Shown piece after piece: positions 1-10,476 of a stretch of DNA of 64,000 nt. Where the stretch lies: assembly GCA_030653385.1 (NCBI GenBank), contig JAURZM010000043.1, positions 7,341-71,340 of the forward strand, written 5' to 3'. The stretch's first letter is position 1. Every line of letters starts with the position of its first letter. Source of the DNA: Rubrivivax sp. (lineage in GTDB: Bacteria > Pseudomonadota > Gammaproteobacteria > Burkholderiales > Burkholderiaceae_C). The translations under genes were made by a program, and so were the position numbers. Below the pieces are notes generated by a model. The model was given only the letters and a program-made list of their open reading frames with translations, was not told where the DNA came from and ran no database searches.

Positions 1-110
1 CAAAAGGTGGCGTTGTCGACCTCGTTGATCAGTAGGAGCCAGAGAGACTCGTCGGACGACCCAAGCACCTTGTGCAGTTCGTCGGCGGGCTTCGAGAAGG
101 TCAGCTTCAT
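1..110 (-). CDS. Hypothetical protein, N-terminal part only (MKLTFSKPADELHKVLGSSDESLWLLLINEVDNATF...), runs off the window
   Basis: ATG at 110 with an in-frame stop 18 nt upstream; open to the window edge; protein-like composition. Confidence 0.45.
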   Translation of the reverse strand, partial: MKLTFSKPADELHKVLGSSDESLWLLLINEVDNATF

Positions 111-335
111 TCTCGACGGCAGCCGTCACCGGCAGAAGGACTCCCTCGGGGCGCAACCTGCAGATAGGCAATGAGGGTGTGCCAATCGTGCTGGGCACGC
201 TGCCGTGGAAGGCCAAGCCGATCGGGAACATGGCCGCAACCTTCACGGCGGCGCCTCCAGTCTGGTCGACCGGCGCAGTCGCATGCGGGCCTCGCGCGAG
301 CGCCCGTCCTGCTCGGTCAGCGCAAGCGGTCCTGG

Positions 336-425
336 CTAAAGGAGACCACGCTCGGCAAGTGAGACCAGGTTGTTGCCGCCGACGATGAAGTGGTCGAGGC
401 GCGGGCTGACGTCACTGCGGCGCAG
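336..425 (-). pseudogene. C-terminal remnant of a RadC/JAB-domain gene
   Basis: Manual translation after the integrase stop gives ...DVSPRLDHFIVGGNNLVSLAERGLL*, resembling the RadC end (DVRVLDHxIVG...SFAERGLL); no start codon. Confidence 0.7.
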
Positions 426-1907
426 TCACTTGGACGCCGAGGCGGGCAACGACTGTCCGGCCGCGATGGCCGAGAGCTTTGCGCCGAGCACGTCGAAGGC
501 CCGCGCCTGCTCACCTTGGCGCCGATCCTGGATGTAGATGCCGCTCATGCCTTGCTTGATGTGGTTCAGACACTCGTTGATCACATCGTCCGAGATGCCG
601 AGCTGGCTCATGACGGTCGATGCCGTGCGGCGCAGGTCGTGCGCCGTCCACCGTCCACCCTTGAGTGCAAGGGAACTCACGGCCTTGGTGCGGTTTGCCA
701 GACGCTCGTCTTCTTGCCGCTGCCGGTCTGCCAGTTGCTTCCCGAACGACTTGACGCAGACCGGTCCTGTTCCGTGCGAGTTCGGGAACACCCAGGCCAG
801 TGGCTTGCGGGTGACCGGGTCTGCTTCCCGCAGTTTGCGCAGTTCGGCGAATTGCGTCAGCGCGAACCTGCTCAGGTGGATCGTGTGCTCGCGCTGATTT
901 TTCGTCGTTGGCAGGTACCAGGTCGATGCCTCCTCGTCCACGAATCCGAGGTGCACGGCTCCGGACTTTTGAGCGACGTTGTGGGCGTCCACCGCCTGTT
1001 GCAGTTCCCGCTGGTTCGGCCTCGCATCGCCCCAGACCGCACCCATCAGTTCGCCAACCCGGCACCCGGTCGAGAGGATCAGCCAGAGCCCCAGCACCGT
1101 CCGCTTGTGCAGGTTCGCCGACGGGAGCTGGGTGACCAGGTCGGCCAACTCGACCATGGACAGGACCCGGTCGCGCTTGACGTCCTTGCCGCCGATCTTC
1201 TTCTTCTGGAGCAGTTCGATCGGGCTGTGCTCGATGATCTCGCGCTCGGCGGCGAATCGGAACATCTGCTTCATCTCGGCCAGCAGCACGTTGGCCGTCC
1301 GCAGCTTGCCTTCGCCCTTGACGGCATCCAGGATCGCAAGCACGTCGGCCTTCCTCACGTCGACGATGGCAGCCTCTCCGAGTCGGGGAAACACCCGCCG
1401 ATCGAACTGTTCGCGCACATACTGGCCGCCGTCCTTGCGCCCGATCCGCTTGCCATCGCCACCCATGCGGGGTGCAAGGTCCGTCGAGGCCCACCGCTCG
1501 AACACCTGCTTGACCGTCAGCCGTCGCTGGCGCTCGAGGTCGGCTTTCTGCGCCTGTACCTCGGCATCGCGGGCGGCTGTCTCGCCAGCAGCTATCTTGG
1601 CGGCGTCGACATCGGCAAAATGCTTGCGGAGATCGCGGATGCCCGACTTGTACAGCGTCGCCCATTCGAGCGCGACAGCGCGGGCGGCCGCGACGGTCAT
1701 TCCACCCGAGGAGCCTGGCTTGGCGTAGAAGCCGATACTCAGCCTGACCTGAGCCCGGTCCGGCCCGGTGTATCGGAAGTAGAAGAGCTTGTTCCCGCTG
1801 GGCGTGATTCGACCGAGGAAGGTGCCTTCGCCGCGCTGGCCGGACTCCACGAACCACTGATCGGCGTCCGTCGGATTGGAATCCATGTGCTTGCTGGTGA
1901 TCTTCAC
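426..1907 (-). CDS. Tyrosine-type integrase with N-terminal arm-binding-like domain
   Basis: Catalytic set visible: TGCRVGE (R), TKN (K), HDLRRT (HxxR), LNH, GIY; N-terminal KLFYFRYT segment. Confidence 0.93.
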   Translation of the reverse strand: MKITSKHMDSNPTDADQWFVESGQRGEGTFLGRITPSGNKLFYFRYTGPDRAQVRLSIGFYAKPGSSGGMTVAAARAVALEWATLYKSGIRDLRKHFADVDAAKIAAGETAARDAEVQAQKADLERQRRLTVKQVFERWASTDLAPRMGGDGKRIGRKDGGQYVREQFDRRVFPRLGEAAIVDVRKADVLAILDAVKGEGKLRTANVLLAEMKQMFRFAAEREIIEHSPIELLQKKKIGGKDVKRDRVLSMVELADLVTQLPSANLHKRTVLGLWLILSTGCRVGELMGAVWGDARPNQRELQQAVDAHNVAQKSGAVHLGFVDEEASTWYLPTTKNQREHTIHLSRFALTQFAELRKLREADPVTRKPLAWVFPNSHGTGPVCVKSFGKQLADRQRQEDERLANRTKAVSSLALKGGRWTAHDLRRTASTVMSQLGISDDVINECLNHIKQGMSGIYIQDRRQGEQARAFDVLGAKLSAIAAGQSLPASASK

Positions 1908-1955
1908 GTCCGACCCCTTGGCGTCAGGCGGCCTCGGCGGATTGGGCGGTTTCCG

Positions 1956-1976
1956 AAGCCTACAAAAAGCCTACAA
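1956..1976. repeat. Tandem direct repeat AAGCCTACAA x2, putative integrase arm-type sites
   Basis: Copies at 1956-1965 and 1967-1976, between integrase start and att core. Confidence 0.6.
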
Positions 1977-2028
1977 CTCGGTGGCTGTCAGTGTATTTCG
2001 GAAGACTTCGGTGGACGACGAAATTATG

Positions 2029-2041
2029 TAAGTTGTTGATT
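2029..2041 (-). promoter_or_regulatory. IHF-binding consensus in the att arm
   Basis: Reverse complement AATCAACAACTTA fits WATCAANNNNTTR exactly; AT-rich context. Confidence 0.65.
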
Positions 2042-2102
2042 TATAAGGATTCTAGTTTTTGAATGGACGTCATGAGTCACCAAAAAACAACATCCATTTT
2101 GC

Positions 2103-2147
2103 CTACGAACCAAGGGGTCGTGGGTTCGATTCCTGCCAGCCGCACCA
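2103..2147 (+). other. att core: displaced 3' half of tRNA-Arg(ACG), anticodon loop to CCA
   Basis: CTACGAA anticodon loop, T-arm GTGGGTTCGATTCCTGC, CCA end; no D-arm or 5' acceptor strand upstream. Confidence 0.88.
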
Positions 2148-2167
2148 GGAACATGACGTTCTAGAAC

Positions 2168-2206
2168 AACGGGTTGGATGCTTCGGCGTCCAGCCCGTTT
2201 TTCTTT
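2168..2206 (+). terminator. Intrinsic terminator of the original tRNA locus
   Basis: AACGGGTTGGATGC-TTCG-GCGTCCAGCCCGTT hairpin followed by a T-rich tract. Confidence 0.8.
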
Positions 2207-2262
2207 GTCCGTCTGCAGGCCCAAGTCTTGAGGCTGACGCGCCTGTACGTGCTGGGCTGCCG

Positions 2263-2952
2263 TCAGGCGCGGTGGTCTGGTGGACCGGCCTTGCGCGGGA
2301 ACCAGCGTTCGATCAGGGCCGCTGCGCGGTCGCGGCCGCCGATACCGAAGGCCAGCGCCAGTGCCACCACCGCACCGCCCAGCAGGATCAGAAAGGTCTG
2401 CTGGATGAGCCCGCCGCCGATGTCCAGGTGGTCCACTGCCAGCAGCACGACAAAAACCATCACGCCGTATTGCATGCAGCGGCCCAGCACCTCAGCGTCG
2501 CTGATGTCGGCGCCGCGGCAGAAGCTTTGCACGGCCTGGCCAGCAAAACGCGCGAAGTAACTGCCGAACACCAGCACCAGCATGGCCACCAGCAGCCGTG
2601 GCACGAACAGCAGCACACGGCCCAGCAGCTCGGTCACCTGGGTCAGGCCCAGGCTGTTGAAGGCCACGATCAGGGCTGCCAGCATGACGCCTGCAAAGGC
2701 CACCCAGCCGATCAGGTCGGCGGTGTCCTTGTCGCTGCCACCCTGCTGCAGGAAGCCGTCGATGCCGGCACGTTCACTCAGCACGTGGAAGTTCAGCGCA
2801 CGCAGTGCCTTGACGACACTGAACCTGAAGCCCTTCGCCAGCAGCCAGCCCACCAGCAGCAGCACGGTGGCCAAAAGCAGGCGCGGCAGCCAGCTGCCCA
2901 GCTGCTGCAGCAGGCCGCGCAGCGGTTCCAGCAGCACGTCGATGTCTTGCAT
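2263..2952 (-). CDS. Membrane protein of the mechanosensitive-channel-associated TM-helix family (CmpX-like)
   Basis: Multiple TM segments; repeated PRLLxAxxxL motifs; ALAFGIGGR ending. Confidence 0.75.
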   Translation of the reverse strand: MQDIDVLLEPLRGLLQQLGSWLPRLLLATVLLLVGWLLAKGFRFSVVKALRALNFHVLSERAGIDGFLQQGGSDKDTADLIGWVAFAGVMLAALIVAFNSLGLTQVTELLGRVLLFVPRLLVAMLVLVFGSYFARFAGQAVQSFCRGADISDAEVLGRCMQYGVMVFVVLLAVDHLDIGGGLIQQTFLILLGGAVVALALAFGIGGRDRAAALIERWFPRKAGPPDHRA

Positions 2953-2997
2953 GATCAGTCCTCTCGGGCGCGCCGCCGGGCGCGCGAAGTGTTCTGC

Positions 2998-5900
2998 CTA
3001 GTCATTCGCGCACAGCGCGCCGATGCGGGCCAAGGGCACGGCCACGTCCTCGCTCACCGGCAACTGCCCGGTGTGGCGCCGCAACTGCTTCAGCGCCTGT
3101 TCCAGTTCGAACAGCCCCAGCAGATGCTGCGCCGATGCCAGCCCTGACGCACCTGGCCACAGGCCCCCCGCCTGGGCCAGCTGGAAGTAGGTGTCGGTGA
3201 AGGCCTTGTGCACCTGCTGCTGCCAGCGCTGCGCCGCTTGAGCCAGCAGGGCCGTGTCGCCTGCGCCGGGGGCGGCCAGCTTGACGGCTTCGTGGGCGGC
3301 TTGGTCCAGCGACAGCAGCAGGTCCGCCACGTCGCGCAGGCAGCTGTGTTTGGCCCGGCGCTGGTCGAAGTCGAGCCCGGCCTCGCCTTCGAAGTCGACG
3401 ATGAAAAAGTCGTCGCGGCAGACCAGCACCTGCTGCAGGCGCAGGTCGCCATGCAAGCGGGTTTTCAGGCCCGACGGTGTGGCATGGGCCACGGCGTCGA
3501 TGTGAGCGGCCAACCGGCTGCGTCCCTGCAGCACCTGCCTGGCGCTGTCGGCCAAGGTGACTGGCCAGGTTGCGCTGGCGGATTGCAGATGCCCCAGCGT
3601 GTCGTCGAAAAGATGGCGCACGGTGTCTGTCCAGCTTCTCAGGTCTGCCGCTCGAACGGTCTCGGGGTCGAAGGCCGGGTTGCCGGTGCGCCGGGACAGC
3701 GCCAGGTGCAGCTCGGCCACCCGACGGGCCAGGTGCTGGAAGCGTTGAACGGGTGCAGCCAAGGTTTCGGCATCGGACACCACCAGGGCCGGCGCTTCCA
3801 ACTGGCGTGTCAGCTGTTCCACCGTGGTCGTCCAAACGTCGCCCTGGTGGATGAGTTGAGCTTGCAGCAAGGCCAAGGTCCAGGTCCGGCCGTCGGCGCC
3901 GTGCAGTTCGACACTGCCGGCCACCGGCACGCAGTTGGCGTAGCCCAGCACGTCGCCCAAGTGGCGACCCATCTCGACCTCGGGGCAGATGCCGGCTTGC
4001 AGATGCCGGTAGGCCTTCAGGAACAGGCGCTCGCCAAGCAGGCTGACCGAGTGGCTGCTCAGCGCCAGCCGGTGCAGCGGCCACGGGCCCTGCGGCCAGT
4101 CAGCCACCAGCTCGGCGTGCTGTCGCCCTGGCGTGAAGTGCACGCTGCAGGCTTCGCCCTTGAGCACACGGTGTTCGCCGATGGCCAGCACCATCGCGCG
4201 GCAGAAGGCTTCGTCGGCCATGGCGTCGGCCAGCAGCCCCATGTGGGCCTGCTGGCGCACCTTGCAGACGGCCACGGCGGCCAGCACACGGGTGCGTTCT
4301 TCGTTGTCGTCGTCGAAGGCCAGGGCCAGCGGCAGGAAACAGCGCGACGGGCCGCTGCTGCTGCCCGCGGCCGGCTGTGTGTCGGCCAGGGCCAGCAGCC
4401 ATTCATGGCCTTTGTCCTGCAACACCGCGCTCTCGGCCAGCGTCACCTGGCGCGGCCCTTCGTGCAGTGCGCCATACCAGCGCTGACGTTGCAGGAAGGC
4501 GGGCAGCAAATCGCGTTCGAGCTGCACCCGTGTTTTCTCGGCCAGGCCGATGCGCCAAGGCACCACACGCTGCCGGAAGAAGCTGTTCCAGCCGTCGAAC
4601 AGCACCACCACCGGCAGGTCTTCGACGGGCAGGCGTTCGCTGTGCCAGCGTGGCGGTGAGGCGTCGGTGGACAGGCGGAACCAGAAAAAGCCGTGGCCCG
4701 GCAAGGTCAGCAGATAGGGCAGGTCACCCACCGGCGGAAAGCTGTTGCGGCCCAGCATCTCGACCGGCACCCGGCCTTTCCAGGCGGCCAGTTCCAGTTC
4801 CACCGGCTGCGCCACACGGCTGACGTTGGCCACGCACAGGATGACCTCGTCTTCGTGTTCACGCACGTAGGCCAGCACCTTGCGATTGCCCGGGTGCAGC
4901 ATCGTGAAGCGGCCGCGACCAAAGGCGTGGCTGCTGGCCCGCACGGCCAGCAGGCGGCGTGTCCACGACAGCAACGACGACGGTTCGCGCGACTGCGCTT
5001 CGACGTTGACGGCCTCGAAGCCGTACACCGGATCCTGGATCGGCGGCAGGTACAGGCGCTGCGGGTCGGCGCGGCTGAAGCCGCCGTTGCGGTCGCTGGT
5101 CCACTGCATCGGCGTGCGCACGCCGTCACGGTCGCCCAGGAAGATGTTGTCGCCCATGCCGATCTCGTCGCCGTAATACAGCACCGGTGTGCCCGGCATC
5201 GACAGCAGCAGGCTGTTCATCAGCTTGATGCGGTCGAGGTCGTTTTCCAAGAGTGGCGCCAGCCGACGTCGTATGCCCAGGTTGATGCGCGCGCGGGGGT
5301 CCGACGCGTACATGCTGTACATGTAGTCGCGTTCCTTGCTGGTCACCATTTCGAGCGTCAGCTCGTCGTGGTTGCGCAGGAAGATGGCCCACTGGCAACT
5401 GGCTGGGATGTCGGGCGTTTGCGCCAGGATCTCGACCACCGGGTGGCGGTCTTCCTGCGCGATGGCCATGTACATGCGCGGCATCAGCGGAAAGTGGTAC
5501 GCCATCTGGCATTCGTCGCCGTCGCCGAAGTATTCGCGCACGTCTTCGGGCCACATATTGGCCTCGGCCAGCAGCAGCCGGCCCGGGAACTTCTGCTCGA
5601 CGCGGGCGCGGATGGCCTTGATCACGTCGTGCGTTTCGCGCAGGTTTTCGTTGCTCGTGCCGTGGCGCTCGATCAGGTAGGGAATGGCGTCCAGCCGGAA
5701 GCCGTCCACCCCCATCGCCAGCCAGAATTCCATCGTCTTCAGCACCGCTTCCAGCACCGCCGGGTTGTCGAAGTTCAGGTCGGGCTGGTGGCTGAAAAAA
5801 CGGTGCCAGAAGTACTGGCCGGCCACCTCGTCCCAGGTCCAGTTGGACTTTTCGGTGTCGGTGAAGATGATGCGTGTGCCGCTGTAGAGCTGCGGGTCGT

Positions 5901-6354
5901 CGCTCCAGACGTAGAAGTTGCGTTCCGGCGAACCCTTGGGCGCTCGGCGCGCGGCCTGGAACCACGGGTGCTGGTCGGACGTGTGGTTGACCACCAGTTC
6001 GGTGATGACACGCAGGCCGCGGCGGTGCGCTTCGGCCACGAAGGCACGGAAGTCGTCCAGCGTGCCGTAGGACGGGTGCACGTCTTCGTAGTCGGCCACG
6101 TCGTAGCCGTCGTCCTTCAGCGGCGAAGGGTAGAAGGGCAGCAGCCAGATCGTGTTGACGCCAAGCGATTGCACGTGGTCCAGGTGCGAGGTCAGGCCAC
6201 GGAAGTCGCCGATGCCGTCGCCGTTGCCGTCGGCATAGGCCTTGATGTGCAATTCGTAGATGACCGCGTCCTTGTACCAGAGCGGGTCGTTGACGAGGGT
6301 CGACTCTGCCATCGGTGCGAGCGTTGCCCTGTCCATCGCCGCGCCGCCGCTCAA
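2998..6354 (-). CDS. treS: Trehalose synthase TreS fused to a maltokinase-like domain (true start may be an internal Met)
   Basis: [50 protein letters not shown]; C-terminal HGD...DFEGE. Confidence 0.95.
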   Translation of the reverse strand: MSGGAAMDRATLAPMAESTLVNDPLWYKDAVIYELHIKAYADGNGDGIGDFRGLTSHLDHVQSLGVNTIWLLPFYPSPLKDDGYDVADYEDVHPSYGTLDDFRAFVAEAHRRGLRVITELVVNHTSDQHPWFQAARRAPKGSPERNFYVWSDDPQLYSGTRIIFTDTEKSNWTWDEVAGQYFWHRFFSHQPDLNFDNPAVLEAVLKTMEFWLAMGVDGFRLDAIPYLIERHGTSNENLRETHDVIKAIRARVEQKFPGRLLLAEANMWPEDVREYFGDGDECQMAYHFPLMPRMYMAIAQEDRHPVVEILAQTPDIPASCQWAIFLRNHDELTLEMVTSKERDYMYSMYASDPRARINLGIRRRLAPLLENDLDRIKLMNSLLLSMPGTPVLYYGDEIGMGDNIFLGDRDGVRTPMQWTSDRNGGFSRADPQRLYLPPIQDPVYGFEAVNVEAQSREPSSLLSWTRRLLAVRASSHAFGRGRFTMLHPGNRKVLAYVREHEDEVILCVANVSRVAQPVELELAAWKGRVPVEMLGRNSFPPVGDLPYLLTLPGHGFFWFRLSTDASPPRWHSERLPVEDLPVVVLFDGWNSFFRQRVVPWRIGLAEKTRVQLERDLLPAFLQRQRWYGALHEGPRQVTLAESAVLQDKGHEWLLALADTQPAAGSSSGPSRCFLPLALAFDDDNEERTRVLAAVAVCKVRQQAHMGLLADAMADEAFCRAMVLAIGEHRVLKGEACSVHFTPGRQHAELVADWPQGPWPLHRLALSSHSVSLLGERLFLKAYRHLQAGICPEVEMGRHLGDVLGYANCVPVAGSVELHGADGRTWTLALLQAQLIHQGDVWTTTVEQLTRQLEAPALVVSDAETLAAPVQRFQHLARRVAELHLALSRRTGNPAFDPETVRAADLRSWTDTVRHLFDDTLGHLQSASATWPVTLADSARQVLQGRSRLAAHIDAVAHATPSGLKTRLHGDLRLQQVLVCRDDFFIVDFEGEAGLDFDQRRAKHSCLRDVADLLLSLDQAAHEAVKLAAPGAGDTALLAQAAQRWQQQVHKAFTDTYFQLAQAGGLWPGASGLASAQHLLGLFELEQALKQLRRHTGQLPVSEDVAVPLARIGALCAND

Positions 6355-7145
6355 GCCTTGTCCTCAAGCGGCAGCAGCGCCAGCATGCGTTCCAGCAGCA
6401 TCGCCATCTCGCTGGGGCTGTCCAGGAAAAAGCGGGCACGCGAATGCCCTTCGCCGCGGCCGATGCGGATGGTCAGCCAATGCGGTGGTGCCGACACGAA
6501 GACCGGCTCGTCATTGACGTCGTCACCCGCAAACACCGCGCAGGCCGCGCCGCAGCGGGCCACCAGCTTGTGCACCGCACGGGCCTTGTCAGGCGCGTCC
6601 GCGGGGCAGACGTTGACCACCATCTTGCCGCCGAACACGTGCCATGCCGCGTCGGCTGGTGCCAGGGCGTCGGTGATCAGCTGCAGAGCCCGGCTCCGGT
6701 CGCGTGCCAGGCGGTAGTGCAGGGCGATCGACGCGCCCTTGTCCTCGACCGTCACGCCGGCAGCGCTCAGGGCTTCATGGCTGGACCGCAACTGCAGGCG
6801 CAGCGGGTCCAGCACACGGGCCAGGCCGGCCGCAGCGGCCGAGTCTTGCGGGTCTTCTGCACCGTGGTTGCCCACGATGAACCGCGGCTCGAAACCCAGC
6901 CGGCCCCTTACATCGTTTACCGTGCGGCCGGTGACGATGGCCAAGGGCAGCTGTGCGGACAGCGCCCGCAGCCGTGCCGCCACGGCCTGCGAGATGCGGG
7001 CGTCGTCGGGCCGCGCCACGATGGGCGCCAGTGTGCCGTCGAAGTCGAAGGCCAGCAGCGGCCGCAATTGCAGCGCGGCGGCCAGCGCCAGTTCGCCGTC
7101 GTGGTGAAACAGATGCTGCATCGGCGAGATCTCCTCTTGTGGCAT
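6351..7145 (-). CDS. otsB: Trehalose-6-phosphate phosphatase
   Basis: HAD motifs DFDGTL, TGR, GNHGAE, EDKG, ALHYR, GDDVND; next to otsA. Confidence 0.92.
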   Translation of the reverse strand: MPQEEISPMQHLFHHDGELALAAALQLRPLLAFDFDGTLAPIVARPDDARISQAVAARLRALSAQLPLAIVTGRTVNDVRGRLGFEPRFIVGNHGAEDPQDSAAAAGLARVLDPLRLQLRSSHEALSAAGVTVEDKGASIALHYRLARDRSRALQLITDALAPADAAWHVFGGKMVVNVCPADAPDKARAVHKLVARCGAACAVFAGDDVNDEPVFVSAPPHWLTIRIGRGEGHSRARFFLDSPSEMAMLLERMLALLPLEDKA

Positions 7146-7157
7146 TCGATCGATGGC

Positions 7158-9410
7158 TCAGCCGGGCTGCTGGTGGCTGCGCACCCGCGCTTCTATGCGC
7201 GCCCGCAGGCGCCAGCGGCCGGCATCGGACAACATGCGGCCGGCCCAGCGAAAGACGTTGAACTCGTGCACCGTGCTGCGCAGGCTGGCCATGCGCTCGC
7301 GCTGCTCGGCCGCCGGCATGGTGGCCGCCTGGTTCAGCGCATTGGCGGTTTCTTCGACGTGGTAGGGGTTGACGATCAGCGCTTCTGACAGCTCACGTGC
7401 TGCGCCGGCAAAACGGCTCAGGATCAGCACGCCCTGCAGGTCGTCACGTGCGGCGACAAATTCCTTGCACACCAGGTTCATGCCGTCGTGCAGGCTGGTC
7501 ACGACACAGATGTCGGCGGCGCGGAAAAGCTCCATCACCGCATCGTGTTCATGGTGCTGGGCCAGCAGGTGCACCGGCTGGTAGCCGTCGCGCCCGAAGC
7601 GTTGGTTGATGCGCGCGGTGACACGGTCGATGCGTTCCTGGAAACTGCGGTATTCGTCCAGCGCACTGCGGGTCGGCGCGGCCACCTGCACGAACACGAA
7701 GCGACCGATCCACGAAGGCCACTTCTCCAGCAACCGCTCGACGGCGTTCAGGCGTTCCAGAATGCCCTTCGTGTAGTCGAAGCGGTCCACGCCCACCGCC
7801 AGGCACACGGCGGCAGGCAGACCCAGTCGTTCGATCACACGCAAACGGCAGTCAGCCACCGGCGCCCAGCTGGACACTTCGGCAGCACCGGGCCATTCGA
7901 TCGAGATCGGGTAGCTCTCGACCAGCGTGTCGTCTTCATGGAAGGAGATCGTCGAGTGTTCGTGTTCGATGCGCGCTTCGAGGTAGCGGTCGACCGTCTC
8001 GATGAAGTTCTTGCAGTGGTAGCGGGTGTGGAAACCCAGGATCGTGCTGCCCAGCATGCCCTGCAGGATTTCGCGCCGCCAAGGGCAGATGCCGAACGAT
8101 TCGGGGTTGGGCCAGGGGATGTGCCAGAAGGTCAGGATCGTGGCCTGCGGCAGCTTCTCGCGGATCATCGCCGGCAGCAGCGCGAAGTGGTAGTCCTGCA
8201 CCAGCACCACCGGGTCTTCGCTGCGCGCCTCGGCCACCACCGCGTCGGCAAAACGCTGGTTGACGGCGCGGTAGGCGGCCCAGTCCGATTCGCGGAACAC
8301 CGGCCGCACATGGGCAACGTGGCACAGCGGCCACATGCCTTCATTGGCAAAGCCGTAGTAGTAGCCCTGTTCTTCTTCTTCGGTGAGCCAGATGCGGCGC
8401 AGCCAGTAGTCGTCCTGGCCGGGTGGCACCCGCACGCGGTCATGCTTGTCCACCACCTCGCGGTCGGCGCTGCCGCTGCCGTGGGCCACCCAGGTGCCCG
8501 AGCAGGCCCGCATCACGGGTTCGACGGCCGTCACCAGGCCGCTGGCGGGGCGCTTGACGACGATGCCATCGGCCGTGCGTTCGTGGATGTAGGGCTCGCG
8601 GTTCGAAACCACGATGACCTGGTCGCCGCTGAGCTGGGTGCGCAGCAGCGTGCGCAGCCGCTCGGCAGTCCACACCGCGTCGGGCCCCTGGGCACGGCGG
8701 TATTCGTCTTCCATGTCGCGCAGGCGTGCGCGCAGGTCGGCGGCAAAGGGTGCCAGCTCGGGTTGTGCGGCCAGCAGCGGGCTGAGCACACCTTCGCCGC
8801 GCAACAGTGCCCGGGTGCCCTTGACCCAGCCGCGCCAGCTGAGCTGCGACACCACCAGCGTGATCAGCGCCATCACGAGGCCGAGTGCGGCAATCAGCAC
8901 GATGAGGTAGTTGCGCGTGTCCTGGCTGCGGCGTTCGATGAAGCTCAGGTCGTGCAGCAGCACCAGGCGGGCCAGCAGCTCGGTGCCTGCGCCGCGAATG
9001 TCTTGCACACCCACGTGCACGGTGCCGCCTGCAACCGACAGCCGCGCCTGGCCGTCGGCGGCACGCTGGCGCGAACTGTCGCAGCCCAGGCCGCTGGGGA
9101 AGCGGTCCGAGGCCAGCAGCAACTGGCCTTGCGGACTGCACAGGGCCAGCGCGAGCACACGTTCGTCTTGTGCCGTGCGGTCCAGCAAGGCTCGCAGGCG
9201 TTCGGGCCGTTCGGTGGCCAGCGCCTCGACCACTGAATCCGACAAAGCGTTGGCCAGCAGTGCGCCGCGGCTGTCGAGGTCACGGCTGAACCAGCGCAGC
9301 GTGACCTGGTCCATCAGCGGCACGGCAAGGTAGGACGCGACGATCAAGGTGGCCAGCAGGGGCAGCAGGAAACGCAGTTGAAGTCGCAGGGACCTGAGCG
9401 TCATTTCCAC
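7158..9410 (-). CDS. otsA: Trehalose-6-phosphate synthase with an N-terminal 2-TM receptor-like extension
   Basis: GT20 motifs [43 protein letters not shown]; about 250 extra N-terminal residues with two TM helices. Confidence 0.92.
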   Translation of the reverse strand: MEMTLRSLRLQLRFLLPLLATLIVASYLAVPLMDQVTLRWFSRDLDSRGALLANALSDSVVEALATERPERLRALLDRTAQDERVLALALCSPQGQLLLASDRFPSGLGCDSSRQRAADGQARLSVAGGTVHVGVQDIRGAGTELLARLVLLHDLSFIERRSQDTRNYLIVLIAALGLVMALITLVVSQLSWRGWVKGTRALLRGEGVLSPLLAAQPELAPFAADLRARLRDMEDEYRRAQGPDAVWTAERLRTLLRTQLSGDQVIVVSNREPYIHERTADGIVVKRPASGLVTAVEPVMRACSGTWVAHGSGSADREVVDKHDRVRVPPGQDDYWLRRIWLTEEEEQGYYYGFANEGMWPLCHVAHVRPVFRESDWAAYRAVNQRFADAVVAEARSEDPVVLVQDYHFALLPAMIREKLPQATILTFWHIPWPNPESFGICPWRREILQGMLGSTILGFHTRYHCKNFIETVDRYLEARIEHEHSTISFHEDDTLVESYPISIEWPGAAEVSSWAPVADCRLRVIERLGLPAAVCLAVGVDRFDYTKGILERLNAVERLLEKWPSWIGRFVFVQVAAPTRSALDEYRSFQERIDRVTARINQRFGRDGYQPVHLLAQHHEHDAVMELFRAADICVVTSLHDGMNLVCKEFVAARDDLQGVLILSRFAGAARELSEALIVNPYHVEETANALNQAATMPAAEQRERMASLRSTVHEFNVFRWAGRMLSDAGRWRLRARIEARVRSHQQPG

Positions 9411-9567
9411 CTTGACGACGGGGAGTCGTCAGCAGTTTTCATTGAATGGGGGGCACTTCCTGATATCTTTGGACAAATATATACCAACTGTCACATTCAG
9501 CCATGAAGTCCCTGAGCTCACCGTCTGCCCGCGCACCCACAGCCCTGCCTCCGGTGGGGGCGCTGCG

Positions 9568-10476
9568 ATGAACGAGTGGCAAGAATCGCTGCGCGCCCTT
9601 GCCGAGCAGTGGCAGGGCATCGGCTTCATCGTCACGGCGACGCTGCGCATCCTGGGCATCCTGTTCGGCGCCTGGGTCTTGATTGCACTGGCGCAGCGCG
9701 GCATCCGCAGCTTGCGCATCCGCATCGCCAGCCGCCTGGACGACCGCGAGGCGGTCAAGCGCGCCGAGACCCTGGGCCGTGTCTTCCGCTACCTGGCCGC
9801 TGTGGTCATCTTTGCGCTGGCCGGCATGCTGGTGCTGAGCGAACTGGGGGTCAGCGTGGCACCCATCCTGGGCGCTGCCGGCGTCGTCGGTCTGGCGGTG
9901 GGTTTTGGCGCTCAGAGCCTGGTGAAGGACTTCTTCAACGGCTTCTTTCTGCTGCTGGAAAACCAGATCCGGCAAGGCGACGTGGTCAAGCTCGGCGAAC
10001 ACGCCGGCCTGGTCGAGGAAGTCACGCTGCGCTACGTGCAACTGCGTGACTACGACGGCCATGTTCACTTCGTGCCCAACGGCACCATCAGCTCGGTCGT
10101 GAACATGGCACGTGGCCATGCGCAGTCGGTGGTGGACGTGGGTGTCGGCTACGGCACCGACCTCGACCGCGCGATGGCCTTGATGGAAGTGGTGGCCGCC
10201 GAACTGCGCCGGGACCCGGCACATGCCGAGCGCATCCTGGGTGACCTGGAGATGGCCGGGGTGGAGCGCTGGGCCGACTCGTCGATCGTGCTGCGGGCCC
10301 GTTTCAAGGTCGCCCCGCTGCAGCAGTGGTCCGTGCGAAGAGAGTACCTGCGGCGCCTGAAAAACGCCTTCGACCATGCCGGCATCGAGATCCCCTTCCC
10401 GCAGGTGACTTTGCATGTGGCGGCCCCGGCGGGTGCACAGGCGGCGCTGGCGGGCCAGCAAGGACAGGCGGCTTGA
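9568..10476 (+). CDS. MscS-family mechanosensitive channel
   Basis: GLAVGFGAQSLVKD, GLVEEVTLR, VPNG, GIEIPFPQ; start placed at ATG 9568. Confidence 0.9.
   Translation: MNEWQESLRALAEQWQGIGFIVTATLRILGILFGAWVLIALAQRGIRSLRIRIASRLDDREAVKRAETLGRVFRYLAAVVIFALAGMLVLSELGVSVAPILGAAGVVGLAVGFGAQSLVKDFFNGFFLLLENQIRQGDVVKLGEHAGLVEEVTLRYVQLRDYDGHVHFVPNGTISSVVNMARGHAQSVVDVGVGYGTDLDRAMALMEVVAAELRRDPAHAERILGDLEMAGVERWADSSIVLRARFKVAPLQQWSVRREYLRRLKNAFDHAGIEIPFPQVTLHVAAPAGAQAALAGQQGQAA

Larger units (their letters stand above)
1..2147. mobile_element. Right end of a genomic island/integrative element inserted at tRNA-Arg(ACG); extends beyond the left window edge
   Basis: Tyrosine integrase next to a displaced tRNA 3' half, with arm-like repeats and an IHF consensus between them. 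Confidence 0.8.

Noticed and set aside
390-2039. Long antisense ORFs (also 21045-24014, 33233-35854, 48365-50848, 4693-6717)
   Set aside because: Shadow frames of well-supported genes on the opposite strand, expected in high-GC DNA.
2070-2147. Complete tRNA-Arg gene
   Set aside because: The 5' acceptor strand and D-arm are absent; only the 3' half is present, so it is treated as an att core.
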